A DNA stretch of 64,000 nucleotides. It comes from an uncultured Gemmatimonadales bacterium. GTDB lineage: Bacteria > Gemmatimonadota > Gemmatimonadetes > Gemmatimonadales > GWC2-71-9. The translations under genes and the position numbers were made by a program. Below the pieces are notes generated by a model, which made no database searches, had not been told where the DNA came from, and worked only from the letters and a program-made list of their open reading frames with translations. The stretch lies in the NCBI GenBank assembly GCA_963821385.1, contig CAWGDK010000005.1, positions 31,538-95,537 of the forward strand, given 5' to 3'. Positions 1 through 9,380 of the stretch are shown one piece after another; position 1 is the stretch's first letter, and every line of letters begins with the position of its first letter.

Positions 1-1
1 T

Positions 2-1003
2 GGCATGCTGCGGGAACTCCGCTGGCTGGCCGAGCGCGTGGACCACAATCGCCTGCTCGAGGTGGCACGGGAGTTGGTGGGTGAGGAAGCGGCGAGGCTG
101 CTTCCCGCCATGGTGGACGCAAAGCGACCATCGACCGGACAGCTGCGCGCCTTCGGTCGCCGTGCCCGTCCTCGCCTGCACGAGTATCGTCTGTTCGGAA
201 CGGCCGACGCCGTTCGCCAGATGGCGGCGCGGGAGTGGGGCGTGATCTGGTGGAAGGTCCGGAACTGGTATCTGCGTGCTTCCACAAGATCGACGCGCAC
301 GTTGCCGCACGGTGGCTTGAGCGTCGCGATCCTGGGCCCCGATGGGGCGGGTAAATCGACCCTGACCGAGGCCATTGCCGAATGGCTATCGCGGGAGGTG
401 GCCGTCGTCACGACCTACGGTGGCAGTGGCAAGGGCTCCGCAGCCTGGCCCCGGCGCCTGCTCCAAGGAATCGCTGCGGGGAGACGCCGCATAGGCGGGA
501 GCCACGGGGCGGGCCAGTCACAGCGATCCGCGCACGAAGAGACGTCGTCGCTCCGAACGTTGGGACGCCTCATCTGGGTGTGGTCCCTGGTGCGGGAACG
601 ACGACGGCGTGCGCGGGAGAGCCGTCGAGCCAGGGGCCTCGGCATGGTGGTTCTCTCCGATCGGTACCCACAGAGCCAGTTTCCCGGCATGAACGATGGG
701 CCGCGACTGAGCCGCTGGCTCGATGATCGTTCGTGGCTGCGCCGGTGGGCCGCACGACACGAGCAAGCCGGATTTCAGATGGTCGCGCTTCTCCCACCGG
801 ACCTCGTGCTCAAGCTGCAGGTGTCAGCGGAGGTGGCCTTACGGCGGAAGCCAGAGACCCCCGAGGCCCAGGTTCGCTCGGGCATCGACATGGTGAACAG
901 GCTCACCTTTCCGGCTACCACGACCGTGGTCGCACTGAGCGCTGAACAGCCCCTCGCATCGGTCCTGTTGCAAGCAAAACGCGCGGTTTGGGATCGACTC
1001 TAA
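2..1003 (+). CDS. P-loop (thymidylate-kinase-fold) domain protein, 5'-truncated by window edge; paralog of 4879..6441
   Basis: Frame is open from the window edge. Walker A GPDGAGKST and DRY-type motif SDRYPQSQF. Colinear with the C-terminal ~330 aa of ORF 4879..6441 (LRELRWLAERV/LREMRWLAARV, NDGPRLSRWLDD/NDGPRLGHWVDA). Confidence 0.6.
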   Translation, partial: GMLRELRWLAERVDHNRLLEVARELVGEEAARLLPAMVDAKRPSTGQLRAFGRRARPRLHEYRLFGTADAVRQMAAREWGVIWWKVRNWYLRASTRSTRTLPHGGLSVAILGPDGAGKSTLTEAIAEWLSREVAVVTTYGGSGKGSAAWPRRLLQGIAAGRRRIGGSHGAGQSQRSAHEETSSLRTLGRLIWVWSLVRERRRRARESRRARGLGMVVLSDRYPQSQFPGMNDGPRLSRWLDDRSWLRRWAARHEQAGFQMVALLPPDLVLKLQVSAEVALRRKPETPEAQVRSGIDMVNRLTFPATTTVVALSAEQPLASVLLQAKRAVWDRL

Positions 1004-1156
1004 CCAAATGGCAGATAAGCGGTTCCCCCTCATGACGGCGGGCAGGATGCTGGGCGAGAATCGTGTGGCGGCCCGGCACGAACTCTGCTTTGAATTCTCC
1101 TGGATCAGTCCAAGGTCAGTGCCGGCTGGAACGAGGGGAGAGGCAGTGACTCGGTA

Positions 1157-3130
1157 ATGTGCGGCATCACGGGATGCCTTCAGCCCGACGGGATGCGCGC
1201 CGATGAGGCGCGCTGCGCCGTCATGGCCATGGCGGAGACGCTGCGGCACCGCGGCCCCGACGACAGTGGGGTATGGGTGGACCCTGACGCCGGGCTGGCG
1301 CTGGGGTTCCGTCGTCTATCGATCATCGATCTCACACCGACCGGACGGCAGCCGATGGAGTCAGCCTCCGGCCGGTTCGTGATCGTCTTCAACGGGGAGA
1401 TCTACAACTTTCACGAACTGCGCCGCGAGTTGGTGCGCCGGGGTATCCGTTTTCGCGGCCGTTCGGACACCGAGGTGCTGTTGGCCGTGCTCGAAACCTG
1501 GGGAGTGCCCGACGCGCTCCCACGGCTCAATGGTATGTTCGCCTTCGCGTTGTGGGATCGCGCGCAGCGCACGCTCCACCTCGCGCGCGATCGCGCCGGC
1601 GAAAAGCCACTGTATTACGGCTGGATGGGACGCACGCTCCTGTTCGGGTCCGAGCTGAAGGCACTCCGGGCGCACCCGTCGTTTCGGGCGGACATCGATC
1701 GCCACGCGTTGACGCAATACTTCCAGCGTGGCTACATCCCCGACCCCGCCAGCATCTATCTCGGCATCCAGAAACTGCCGGCCGGAACGGTCCTGAGCAT
1801 CCGGGGAGACGGGACCGGGCCGAGCGCGGTGCCGACCGCCTATTGGTCGATGCGCGAGGCGGCGGAAGCCGGTGTAGCCGATCCATTTCGCGGCGATGCA
1901 AGCGAAGCGGTCGAATCGTTGAACGGGTTGCTGCAGGACGCGGTGCAAATGCGCATGGAGTCGGACGTCCCACTCGGCGCGTTTCTTTCAGGTGGGATTG
2001 ATTCGTCGACCATCGTCGCCCTCATGCAGGCACAGAGCGTCACGCCGGTTCGCACATTCAGCATTGGTTTTGACGACAAGCTCCGCAACGAGGCAGAGTA
2101 TGCGGCGGCGGTCGCCCGACACCTGAGGACTGACCACACCGAGCTCTATGTCACTCCGGCCGAAGCGCTCGCGGTCATCCCTCACCTGCCCACCCTGTAC
2201 GACGAGCCGTTTGCGGATACCTCGCAGATACCGACGTATCTGGTCTCGAAGCTCGCCCGCCAACATGTCACGGTCAGTCTGTCGGGTGACGCCGGCGACG
2301 AGTTGTTCGGCGGCTACCGCCGGCATCGGCTGGGGCCCGCGATCTGGCGCGGCATCCGGTGGATTCCCCTGTGGCTCCGGCTGGCCGCTGCGGCCGCCAT
2401 GACGCCCGGGGCGGTGATGCCTGGGACGGTCCGTTCGGTCGTCAACCGGGCGACGCGCCGGTGGACCGGGAAGCGCACGTTGGGCGAGCGACTCGAGCAA
2501 ACCGCCGCGATGCTTCCCGCTCCCTCACCAGAAGCTTTGTACTCGTACATGATGTCCCACTGGAAGCATCCGGCGGCGCTGGTGCGTGACGGGCGCGAAG
2601 CATCTTCGGTCTCCAACGGATTGCCCCATCCCCGGCTGAACGGCAGTGCCGAACACATCATGATGCTGCTGGATGGGTTGGCCTACTTGCCGGGCGATAT
2701 CCTGGTGAAGGTGGATCGTGCCGCCATGGGGGTGAGCCTCGAGACCCGGATCCCGCTCCTGGATCATCGCCTCATCGAGTTCGCCTGGCGTCTGCCGTTG
2801 GAGTACAAGTTCCGCGACGGCGCCAGCAAGTGGCTGTTGCGGCAGGTGTTGTATCGCTATGTGCCGCGTTCGCTCGTGGATCGGCCCAAGACGGGATTCC
2901 ATCTCCCGATCGCGAACTGGCTCCGCGGTCCGTTACGGGAATGGGCGGAGGCACTGCTCGACGAGCACCGGTTACGGCGCGAGGGAATGCTCGATCCGGC
3001 TCTGGTCCGCCGCGTTTGGGGCGAACACCTGGCGGGATCCCGTCGGGACTCGCAGCTGTGGACCGTCCTCATGTTCCAGTCCTGGCACGAATCCGCGTCT
3101 CAGGTCGAACCAGCCGTCGCAGTCGCGTAG
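1157..3130 (+). CDS. asnB: asparagine synthetase (glutamine-hydrolysing), polysaccharide-locus type
   Basis: N-terminal MCGI (catalytic Cys2 of class-II amidotransferases), FNGEIYN, PP-loop SGGIDSS; 657 aa. Confidence 0.9.
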   Translation: MCGITGCLQPDGMRADEARCAVMAMAETLRHRGPDDSGVWVDPDAGLALGFRRLSIIDLTPTGRQPMESASGRFVIVFNGEIYNFHELRRELVRRGIRFRGRSDTEVLLAVLETWGVPDALPRLNGMFAFALWDRAQRTLHLARDRAGEKPLYYGWMGRTLLFGSELKALRAHPSFRADIDRHALTQYFQRGYIPDPASIYLGIQKLPAGTVLSIRGDGTGPSAVPTAYWSMREAAEAGVADPFRGDASEAVESLNGLLQDAVQMRMESDVPLGAFLSGGIDSSTIVALMQAQSVTPVRTFSIGFDDKLRNEAEYAAAVARHLRTDHTELYVTPAEALAVIPHLPTLYDEPFADTSQIPTYLVSKLARQHVTVSLSGDAGDELFGGYRRHRLGPAIWRGIRWIPLWLRLAAAAAMTPGAVMPGTVRSVVNRATRRWTGKRTLGERLEQTAAMLPAPSPEALYSYMMSHWKHPAALVRDGREASSVSNGLPHPRLNGSAEHIMMLLDGLAYLPGDILVKVDRAAMGVSLETRIPLLDHRLIEFAWRLPLEYKFRDGASKWLLRQVLYRYVPRSLVDRPKTGFHLPIANWLRGPLREWAEALLDEHRLRREGMLDPALVRRVWGEHLAGSRRDSQLWTVLMFQSWHESASQVEPAVAVA

Positions 3131-3355
3131 GCACGGCTGTTGCAGAGTTGCCTCACATGCCCCAGGATTGCGGCACTGCATTCCAGTAAGCCAATGGTCA
3201 GCAGCCCCTTATGAGACCGGTGGCGACTCCCTAACCGGACCGGCGCCGCGCCAAGTCACGTCTCATGATGTAGCGGAAGCGTATATTTCGTTGCCCTTTG
3301 CGATCATGTTGCGGCATCGCAACAATCGCCGCCACAACGCGTTCTCGGGACGGGA

Positions 3356-4882
3356 ATGAAGCGTAGCCTGACGCATCAGACGGTCGCCGGGATGCTGTGG
3401 ATGATCTACGGCAAAATGGCCTTCGCGATCCTGCAGTTGCTGATCCTGGGCGTACTCGCCCGGCTGTTGACCCCGGCCGACTTCGGCGTCGTTAGCGCCG
3501 CGGCTGTGGTGATCGGGTTTTCCGCCATCGTCTCGCAGCTCGGGCTTGGACCGGCATTGGTCCAGCGTTCGGACCTCGAGCCGCGGCACATCGAGACGGC
3601 GTTCAGCGCTTCGGTTGTGCTGGGCCTGTTCCTGGGAGCTGTGATCTATTTCGGCGCTCCGTTCGCCGCCGAATTCCTCCGCATGCCGAACGTCACCCCG
3701 GTGTTGCGTGTCCTGGCATGGGTGTTCCCCTTGCAAGGAATGCAGACCGTGGCGTCCTCGCTGATGAGTCGCGAACTCCGGTTCCGGTGGCTCGCCAACC
3801 TCGATGTGATTACCTACGGCATCGGGTACGGCATTGTGGGCATCGCCGGCGCGCTGCTCGGGTGGGGCGTTTGGGCCCTGGTCGCCGCACAGATGTCCCA
3901 GACCTTCCTCAAAACGGCCGTGCTCCTCACGCAACATCCGCCGCGATTTCGTCAGTCCACCGACCTGCGAGCGTTCCGCGAGCTGATGTATTTCGGCGGT
4001 GGGTTCACCGCCGCGCGCATCGCCAACTACGTCGCCCTGAATGGCGACAACATGACGGTCGGACGATTCCTGGGTCCCACTGCGCTGGGGTACTACGGCC
4101 GGGCCTATTCCCTGATGTCGGCACCCGCCTACGGCTTCGGCACCGTACTCGATGCCGTGCTCTTCCCCGCCATGGCGAAGGTCCAAGACGATCCGCAACG
4201 CCTCTCCGCGGCCTTCCGCCGAGGCGTGGCGCTGATCGCCCTCCTGGTGCTGATGCCGAGCCTGGTGATCATCCTGCTCGCGCCGGAAGTGATTCACGTC
4301 GCGCTCGGCGCCCGGTGGACCGCCGTGGTCGCCCCGTTCCAGATTCTCGCCATTGGCATGCTGTTCCGCACCAGTTACAAGATGAGCGATTCGATTACCC
4401 GATCGACTGGCGCGGTGTACCGCCGTGCCTGGCGCCAGGCGCTCTACGCCGTACTCGTGGTGGGTGGCGCGTGGATCGGTCAGCACTGGGGCATCGCTGG
4501 TGTGGCCTGGGGGACGTTGGCGGCGCTGACGATCAACTTCCTCATGATGGCGCAACTCGGGCTGGACGTAGGCCACCTGTCCTGGGGGGCCTTCTGGCGC
4601 GCTCACGAACCGGCCGTCTATCTCACGCTCGGCTGCGCCCCGGTGATCTGGGGCTCGACGACGCTGATGCGTCATTGGGGTCTGCCGCCGGTGGCGATTG
4701 TGATCGCCGTTTCGCTGCTCGCGGCGGGCACCGGCCTGCTGCTCGTGCTTCGCTCGCCCGGGGTCTTCCTCGGACCGGACGGGCAGTGGGTGCTCGAGAC
4801 GATGCGGAGTTTCATCCGTAAGCTCCGTCCCGCTCGGGTGCCCGTCGCGGCCGCGCAAGGACCGGCGCCGGTCGTCGAATGA
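3356..4882 (+). CDS. polysaccharide flippase, MOP/Wzx family
   Basis: 508 aa, hydrophobic throughout with about 12-14 helix-length segments. Sits in a glycan locus. ATGA overlap with the next gene. Confidence 0.75.
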   Translation: MKRSLTHQTVAGMLWMIYGKMAFAILQLLILGVLARLLTPADFGVVSAAAVVIGFSAIVSQLGLGPALVQRSDLEPRHIETAFSASVVLGLFLGAVIYFGAPFAAEFLRMPNVTPVLRVLAWVFPLQGMQTVASSLMSRELRFRWLANLDVITYGIGYGIVGIAGALLGWGVWALVAAQMSQTFLKTAVLLTQHPPRFRQSTDLRAFRELMYFGGGFTAARIANYVALNGDNMTVGRFLGPTALGYYGRAYSLMSAPAYGFGTVLDAVLFPAMAKVQDDPQRLSAAFRRGVALIALLVLMPSLVIILLAPEVIHVALGARWTAVVAPFQILAIGMLFRTSYKMSDSITRSTGAVYRRAWRQALYAVLVVGGAWIGQHWGIAGVAWGTLAALTINFLMMAQLGLDVGHLSWGAFWRAHEPAVYLTLGCAPVIWGSTTLMRHWGLPPVAIVIAVSLLAAGTGLLLVLRSPGVFLGPDGQWVLETMRSFIRKLRPARVPVAAAQGPAPVVE

Positions 4883-6441
4883 CCGCACGACCCGCCGACG
4901 AGTCGACCGCCGCGCTGCCCCAGTCGCGCCCGGCGGGGGCGCCCGGCGGCCTGCCGCGGCTGCGGATCCTGGACGAGCTGTTTGCCCGCCTCGATACCGA
5001 AGCGATCCGATATTGCCATTGGAAGAGCAATGAGCATCTGGGGCCGGCCCTAACGGGTGTGACCGATGTCGACGCGCTGTTCGATCGGCGCGGCGCGCAA
5101 CGTCTCGCCCATCTCCTGACCAGCGACACCCACTTCAAACGGTTCGTGGTGAAGGCCGGGCGCGGCTATCCAGGCATCGAAGATTATGTGGGGTTTGATC
5201 CTGGGACCGGAAGGCTCACCCATCTGCACGTCCACTACCAGCTGACGCTGGGCGAGAAGTTCCTGAAGGGCCATCGCCTGCCATGGGAAGAGGTGATGCT
5301 GGCCACGCGAGTTCGCGATCCCGACTACAACGTCTGGGTGACCGATCCGCACCTCGAGCTCCTGATCCTGATTGCCCGGGCGGCGATCAAGTTGCGCTGG
5401 CGCGATCACGCACTCGCCCTGATGGGACACGAGTACGTCCGGGGAGGGATGCTGCGGGAAATGCGGTGGCTGGCGGCTCGCGTGCGCTCTGACCGCCTGA
5501 TCGAAGTCGCGACTCCGCTTGTCGGGTCGGCGGCGGCGCACGCCGCGGCCGCGATGATTTCCACGCGTGCCCCATCGATCCGGCAGCTGCGGTCATTTCA
5601 CCGCCTCGCCGATCCGCCGCTGAGCGCCTACCGCATGTACAGCGCGACCGGCGCCGCTCGTCGCATGCTGTTCCGGGAATGGACGTGGATTTGGTGGCGC
5701 GTTTCCCACTGGATCACGCGGGCCCCCACGCGGTCGACACGGACTCCGCCGCACGGCGGCGTGGCGATCGCCTTCGTCGGCCCCGACGGAGCCGGAAAAT
5801 CGACGCTCACCGAGGCGATCGCCAAGTGGCTCGCAAGCGACATGGCGGTCGTTTCCACTTATGGTGGCAGCGGCAAGGGGACGGCGTCGCAGCCGCGGCG
5901 CTGGTTGCAGCGATTCAGCGCCCTGACCCGGCCGGCCGCCACGATCCCGTCTCCAGCGGGGCCCCCGGCGCGACGTGAACCAACCGGCCTGCGGTTGCTG
6001 GGCCGGTTGCTGTGGGTGCTTTCCCTCGCCCGCGAGCGCCGGCGGTGGGCGCAGGGCGTCCGGCAGGCCCGGAGCCTCGGCATGATCGTGCTCTCCGACC
6101 GTCTGCCGCAAACCCAGTTCGCCGGTCTCAACGACGGACCCCGGCTCGGGCACTGGGTCGACGCGCCCTCCTGGTTGCGCCGAACCATTGCACGGCGGGA
6201 GCAACGGGCATTCCGGCTGGCTGAGCTTGTCCCGCCCGACCTCGTGATCCGGCTGCATGTCCCGGTGGACATCGCCGCGCGCCGCAAGCCCGACACCCCG
6301 CTCGACCAGCTCCAACGCAAAGTCGAGATCGTCGCCAACCTGAGGTTTCCCCCCACGACCCGTGTGGCCGAGATCAACGCCGCCCAACCGATCGAGCGCG
6401 TCCTAGCCGAGGTGAAGCAGGCGGTTTGGGAGTGCCTCTGA
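4879..6441 (+). CDS. two-domain protein: N-terminal nucleotidyltransferase-like region plus C-terminal thymidylate-kinase-fold P-loop domain
   Basis: N-terminal half has TGVTDVDALF (DxD-like) and a helical region. C-terminal half has GPDGAGKST and SDRLPQTQF. Full-length paralog of the truncated ORF at 2..1003. Confidence 0.6.
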   Translation: MTARPADESTAALPQSRPAGAPGGLPRLRILDELFARLDTEAIRYCHWKSNEHLGPALTGVTDVDALFDRRGAQRLAHLLTSDTHFKRFVVKAGRGYPGIEDYVGFDPGTGRLTHLHVHYQLTLGEKFLKGHRLPWEEVMLATRVRDPDYNVWVTDPHLELLILIARAAIKLRWRDHALALMGHEYVRGGMLREMRWLAARVRSDRLIEVATPLVGSAAAHAAAAMISTRAPSIRQLRSFHRLADPPLSAYRMYSATGAARRMLFREWTWIWWRVSHWITRAPTRSTRTPPHGGVAIAFVGPDGAGKSTLTEAIAKWLASDMAVVSTYGGSGKGTASQPRRWLQRFSALTRPAATIPSPAGPPARREPTGLRLLGRLLWVLSLARERRRWAQGVRQARSLGMIVLSDRLPQTQFAGLNDGPRLGHWVDAPSWLRRTIARREQRAFRLAELVPPDLVIRLHVPVDIAARRKPDTPLDQLQRKVEIVANLRFPPTTRVAEINAAQPIERVLAEVKQAVWECL

Positions 6442-7184
6442 TCGATGCACCACCGCGCCGAAGCCGGGAGTCGTTGCCGGGCCAGGGAGCTCCGATCCGT
6501 ACGCTGATCGCGGAGCTTGTCGGCCCGGCTGGTGTTGGAAAGACGGCGATGCTGCGCGCGTTGGGCCAGCATCACTCCGGCATCCGCGCGGGCGTGTCTA
6601 TCGATCGGGTTCGGTATCTGCCCACACTCACCCGCCATGTGATCGCCCTGGTTCCGACGGGGTTCGAAGTCCTGCGTGATGATGGGCGATCGTTGTGGCC
6701 CGTGATGCTCCACCTGCTTCGCCTGCGCACGCTGCCGAGGGTTCTGGCGCACGAGGCCGCGGTCGGTTCCGCCGCCGTCGTATTGGACGAAGGTCCCTTG
6801 TTCAGTCTCGGTCGTCTGAGCGTATTCCAACGCGCGCATGAAAGCCGCACTCGCCTGGGACGGGCCTGGCAGGAGCAGCTGGAGCGCTGGACCAGTCTGT
6901 TGGATGTGGTGGTCTGGCTCGACGCGCCCGACCCGATTCTGGCCCAGCGGATCCGGACGCGCTTCAAGCGGCATCGCGTCAAGGATGATCCAGACGCGGC
7001 GGTGTATGAGTTCCTCGGTCGCTACCGTCAGGCGTACGACGAAATCCGGGCCCGCGTCGAGTCTGCCGGACGGGCCCGCATGGTCGACGTGGATACCGCG
7101 GCGCTCTCCGTCGAGCAGGCGGTTCCCGTCGTCCTCGCGGCCCTGACCGCGAGCCCGGCCACGGGCTCCACTCCCGTCTCGTGA
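6426..7184 (+). CDS. P-loop NTPase / small-molecule-kinase-like protein
   Basis: Walker A GPAGVGKTAML, Walker-B-like VVLDEGP, kinase-lid-like WLDAPDPILAQRIRTR. The start is uncertain (TTG 6426 or GTG 6432) and overlaps the upstream stop. Confidence 0.5.
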   Translation: MGVPLIDAPPRRSRESLPGQGAPIRTLIAELVGPAGVGKTAMLRALGQHHSGIRAGVSIDRVRYLPTLTRHVIALVPTGFEVLRDDGRSLWPVMLHLLRLRTLPRVLAHEAAVGSAAVVLDEGPLFSLGRLSVFQRAHESRTRLGRAWQEQLERWTSLLDVVVWLDAPDPILAQRIRTRFKRHRVKDDPDAAVYEFLGRYRQAYDEIRARVESAGRARMVDVDTAALSVEQAVPVVLAALTASPATGSTPVS

Positions 7185-7197
7185 GGAAGGCGGATCC

Positions 7198-8493
7198 GTG
7201 CGACGCCGCATAAGACCTTCCGGATCAGCCGGGGCGATACCGATGGCCGCGGGGACCACGCCATACCCGCCGCAGCCGCAGACGGGCGGCCCCAGCCGTT
7301 TGCTACGTTGGGCCCTGTATGGATTCATCTTCTCGCTCCCGTTCGACGCGCCGGGACGACTCCCGCTCGAACTGACGACCCTCACCGGCGCGGGGTTCCT
7401 CGCCGTCACGTTGCTGCAGCCGCGCCTCTGCTACGGCCGGCGACCGGCGCCGCTGTGGTGGCTCCTGGGTTACTTGTATGCCTACTGGCTCGCTTACGTC
7501 CTGGGTGGCGCGCGGTTTACGACGGACGCCGTGCGCTCCTCGCTATTCTATGTCCAGGGTCTGATGATTTTCTGCGCCTGCTTCAACCTCATGCGGGACG
7601 AGCGGGTGGCGCGGCGAGTATTGATCACCCTGGCGTTGGGCGCGGGGATCCTGGCACTCATGACCGTATTCGGAATCGGCAAGATCGTGGATTCCGATAC
7701 TCAGCGCGCGACAGTCTTCGGACAGAACGCAAACCGGGCGGCGCGGGTGCTGTGCGCGGGCTTGCTGGCCGCGATCGGCCTCGTGTTCGGACGCCCGAGG
7801 GTGGCATTCCGACCAAGCTGGATGGTCTGGCCCGCCGCTGCGCTGATGGGGCTGGCCATGATCATGGGCGGCTCGCGCGGTGGTCTGGTCGCCCTGGCCG
7901 CCGGGCTCTTCATGTTCGCGTTTACGGGAAAGACATTCGGGATCCGGCTGCGCAACATCATCGTGGCGATGCTCACCATCGCGCTTGCCGCCTGGGGCGC
8001 GTTGCAATCCCCCTTGATGCAGCGACGAATCCAGCTGGCCGCCCAGGGGAACCTAGCCGGACGTCAGGAAATCTTTCCCGCGGCGCTGCAGCTGTTCAAG
8101 AACCGCCCGCTCATGGGCTGGGGCCCGTCCAATCAATACATGCTCGCCGTGCGTCTTGGCCTGCCGCCGCAGCTGCATCTCACACGCGATACGCACAACT
8201 TGTTTCTCGAAGTCCTCACCTCCACGGGGCTCGCCGGCTCGATCCCGTTCCTGACCGGACTCGGTCTCTGCTGCCTGGCCGCCTGGAGAGCGCGACGTGG
8301 TATCGAGGGCATCCTCCCCACGGCCCAAATGATGGCGCTCTTGGCCGGGAATCTCAGCGGCAACTACATCATGTTGAAGCTGCAGTGGGTGCTCCTCGCC
8401 TATGTGGTCGCGAGCTGGACCTATCTCACACCGCACAAACCCAGAGTGACGACCTCACCGCGTATCTGGGCGCGCAGGCAACGGTGGGGATAG
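7198..8493 (+). CDS. O-antigen ligase / Wzy-type polymerase-like membrane protein
   Basis: Multi-pass membrane protein with the Wzy_C-like central block GGSRGGLVALAAGLFMFAF and a periplasmic loop (HNLFLEVL). Alternative ATG start at 7243. Confidence 0.75.
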   Translation: MRRRIRPSGSAGAIPMAAGTTPYPPQPQTGGPSRLLRWALYGFIFSLPFDAPGRLPLELTTLTGAGFLAVTLLQPRLCYGRRPAPLWWLLGYLYAYWLAYVLGGARFTTDAVRSSLFYVQGLMIFCACFNLMRDERVARRVLITLALGAGILALMTVFGIGKIVDSDTQRATVFGQNANRAARVLCAGLLAAIGLVFGRPRVAFRPSWMVWPAAALMGLAMIMGGSRGGLVALAAGLFMFAFTGKTFGIRLRNIIVAMLTIALAAWGALQSPLMQRRIQLAAQGNLAGRQEIFPAALQLFKNRPLMGWGPSNQYMLAVRLGLPPQLHLTRDTHNLFLEVLTSTGLAGSIPFLTGLGLCCLAAWRARRGIEGILPTAQMMALLAGNLSGNYIMLKLQWVLLAYVVASWTYLTPHKPRVTTSPRIWARRQRWG

Positions 8494-8702
8494 CGTCGGC
8501 ATTGCTGTCGCTCCGTTGCCACACTGGATCGCCGCGACCGACCGCAATTCAATTCGTGATATACAACCGCTTGCCACATAATGACTTGTGCAACGTTGCC
8601 AAACGTGCGGCTAGCACAAGTGCTGCATAGGCCGTCGGTGACCATGCACGTTTCATTAGCCGCACCAACGCCAGGGCCGCGGCGCAAGGGAGATGCTACG
8701 CA

Positions 8703-9380
8703 GTGCTGATCACGTTTTCCGGGTTGGACGGCGCCGGCAAGTCGACGCTCATAGACTTCCTCCAGGGCGCGCTCGAACAGCAGCGACGCCGGGTCGTCGT
8801 GTTGCACCTGAACGACCAGGTGGGTGTCTACGCGTTGCTCCGGTCGTTGCGCGACCGCGTCCGCGGTCAGCACTCGGATCAGCTGGCCCCTGGTGCTCCC
8901 GATCCCAAGTCCCAAAAGCTGCAGCGCCCGCCGCCGCGGGGACTGCGCGGCGCTCTGGGACGGGCCCGCACCGCTCTGCTCTGGAACAAACCGCTGCGGC
9001 GCGGCCTGTACCTAATCGATCTGGCGATCTTCATCTGCTACCGCACCTATCTGGAGAGAGTCCGCGGTCGCGTCCTGATCATGGATCGCTATTTCTACGA
9101 CACCCTGGTCGACGTCGCCAATGGTCGCGATCGGCTCTGGACGCGGGTGCTCGAACGCCTGACGCCACGGCCGACGGTCCCGGTGTTTCTCGACATCACC
9201 CCCGAAGAGTCGTTTCGCCGCAAGCGCGAGTTTTCGATCGAGTATCTGCGGCTGCGGTCCGATGCCTATCGCCACGTGTTCGCACGGGTTCCCGGCGCCG
9301 TCTGCATCGTCAACGAAGATCTCGGGCGCACGCAGGCGATGTTGCTCGGCGCCGTCCGCGCTCGCGGGGGACTCTCGTGA
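8703..9380 (+). CDS. thymidylate-kinase-like P-loop kinase
   Basis: MLITFSGLDGAGKSTLI at the N-terminus and DRYFYD motif. SD-like AAGGGAGA lies upstream of GTG 8703. Confidence 0.65.
   Translation: MLITFSGLDGAGKSTLIDFLQGALEQQRRRVVVLHLNDQVGVYALLRSLRDRVRGQHSDQLAPGAPDPKSQKLQRPPPRGLRGALGRARTALLWNKPLRRGLYLIDLAIFICYRTYLERVRGRVLIMDRYFYDTLVDVANGRDRLWTRVLERLTPRPTVPVFLDITPEESFRRKREFSIEYLRLRSDAYRHVFARVPGAVCIVNEDLGRTQAMLLGAVRARGGLS

Noticed and set aside
1058-1077. gaatcgtgtggcggcccggc upstream of asnB resembles the 3' end of the riboswitch element (gaatcgctggcggcccggc, 17/19).
   Set aside because: The GCAAA, GAAA-hairpin and GACGCAGAG core blocks are absent. On the relevant (minus) strand it would point away from any gene start. 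It is probably chance GC-rich similarity, or at most a decayed fragment.
1157-3130. AsnB homolog as a lasso-peptide cyclase, given the nearby kinase and nucleotidyltransferase-like genes.
   Set aside because: The protein keeps the N-terminal catalytic Cys2 glutaminase domain and a standard PP-loop. No precursor peptide, B-protease or RRE gene is nearby. The context (Wzx, Wzy, GTs) is a glycan locus.
8693-9376. N-terminal 228 codons of the 654-aa ORF 8693..10657.
   Set aside because: This part is out of frame over the well-supported kinase gene 8703..9380 and is Arg/Pro-rich nonsense. The ATP-grasp sequence only starts at GTG 9377, which overlaps the kinase stop.
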